The notes below the pieces were generated by a model. The model was not told the origin of the DNA. It did not search any database and saw only the letters and a program-made list of their open reading frames with translations. A stretch of DNA of 57,934 nt from Lentisphaeria bacterium. GTDB taxonomy: Bacteria; Verrucomicrobiota; Lentisphaeria; JABSQK01; JAWLHB01. The stretch covers positions 1 to 57,934 of the forward strand of contig JAWLHB010000049.1 of assembly GCA_041690595.1 (NCBI GenBank). The letters run 5' to 3'. A program made the translations under genes and the position numbers. This document shows, in pieces, positions 57,651 to 57,934 of the stretch (position 1 is its first letter; each line of letters begins with the position of its first letter).

Positions 57651-57934
57651 CGTGATCTCCTTTACGTTCTGCCCGGATTGACATATCACAATCGAAGATC
57701 CCCGCAACCCCTAGCATACCATCACTCGCCCCCCTTCTGCAACCCAGGCGTTCACTGCCTCCCCCCAGGGACAGGTACTCCTCGCCTCCACGGAAGCGGC
57801 ACCACCCCCGTCCGACTCGTCCGACCCGTCCGACCTGGCGTGTTAAAAATGGCATCAGAGGCGCCATAATAGATCACACGATTTCTTTTCAGTTTCGGCT
57901 TGAATATGAAAATATAGGCGTAATCTTAGCTATG

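Noticed and set aside
57841..57934. AT-rich end with a terminal ATG
   Set aside because: It is probably the promoter and start of the next gene, but it is truncated by the window edge and cannot be supported.

Overview
A GC-rich bacterial chromosomal segment from a draft or metagenome assembly, with one 100-N gap at 3366-3465. The gene families present (DUF4838/CBM9-like, PEGA, URO-D-like, CXXCH-type NrfA) suggest a PVC-superphylum organism, possibly Lentisphaerae-like; this is inference. About 46 genes are supported. They include secreted carbohydrate-active-like proteins, two two-component systems, an FHA/PEGA envelope cluster, proC, nrfHA nitrite ammonification and an orphan PTS enzyme I. 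There is also a GH29 fucosidase catabolic cluster and a hyp/hox NAD-reducing [NiFe]-hydrogenase locus ending in a response regulator and rex, with Rex-like operators around a predicted promoter. The right end holds an orphan terminase-small-subunit-like gene and an operon of three SPFH proteins, an atypical P1B ATPase and an ABC ATPase. Intergenic DNA carries several palindromic repeat families, including a head-to-tail 93-bp REP-like array and a 71-bp hairpin triplet. GC skew reverses across the window. No rRNA, tRNA, CRISPR or transposase was seen. The best candidate for an undescribed system is the SPFH x3 / P1B-ATPase / ABC operon. Next are the FHA-PEGA-duplicated-domain cluster, the REP array and the orphan TerS-like gene. 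All calls were made by eye, without database searches.
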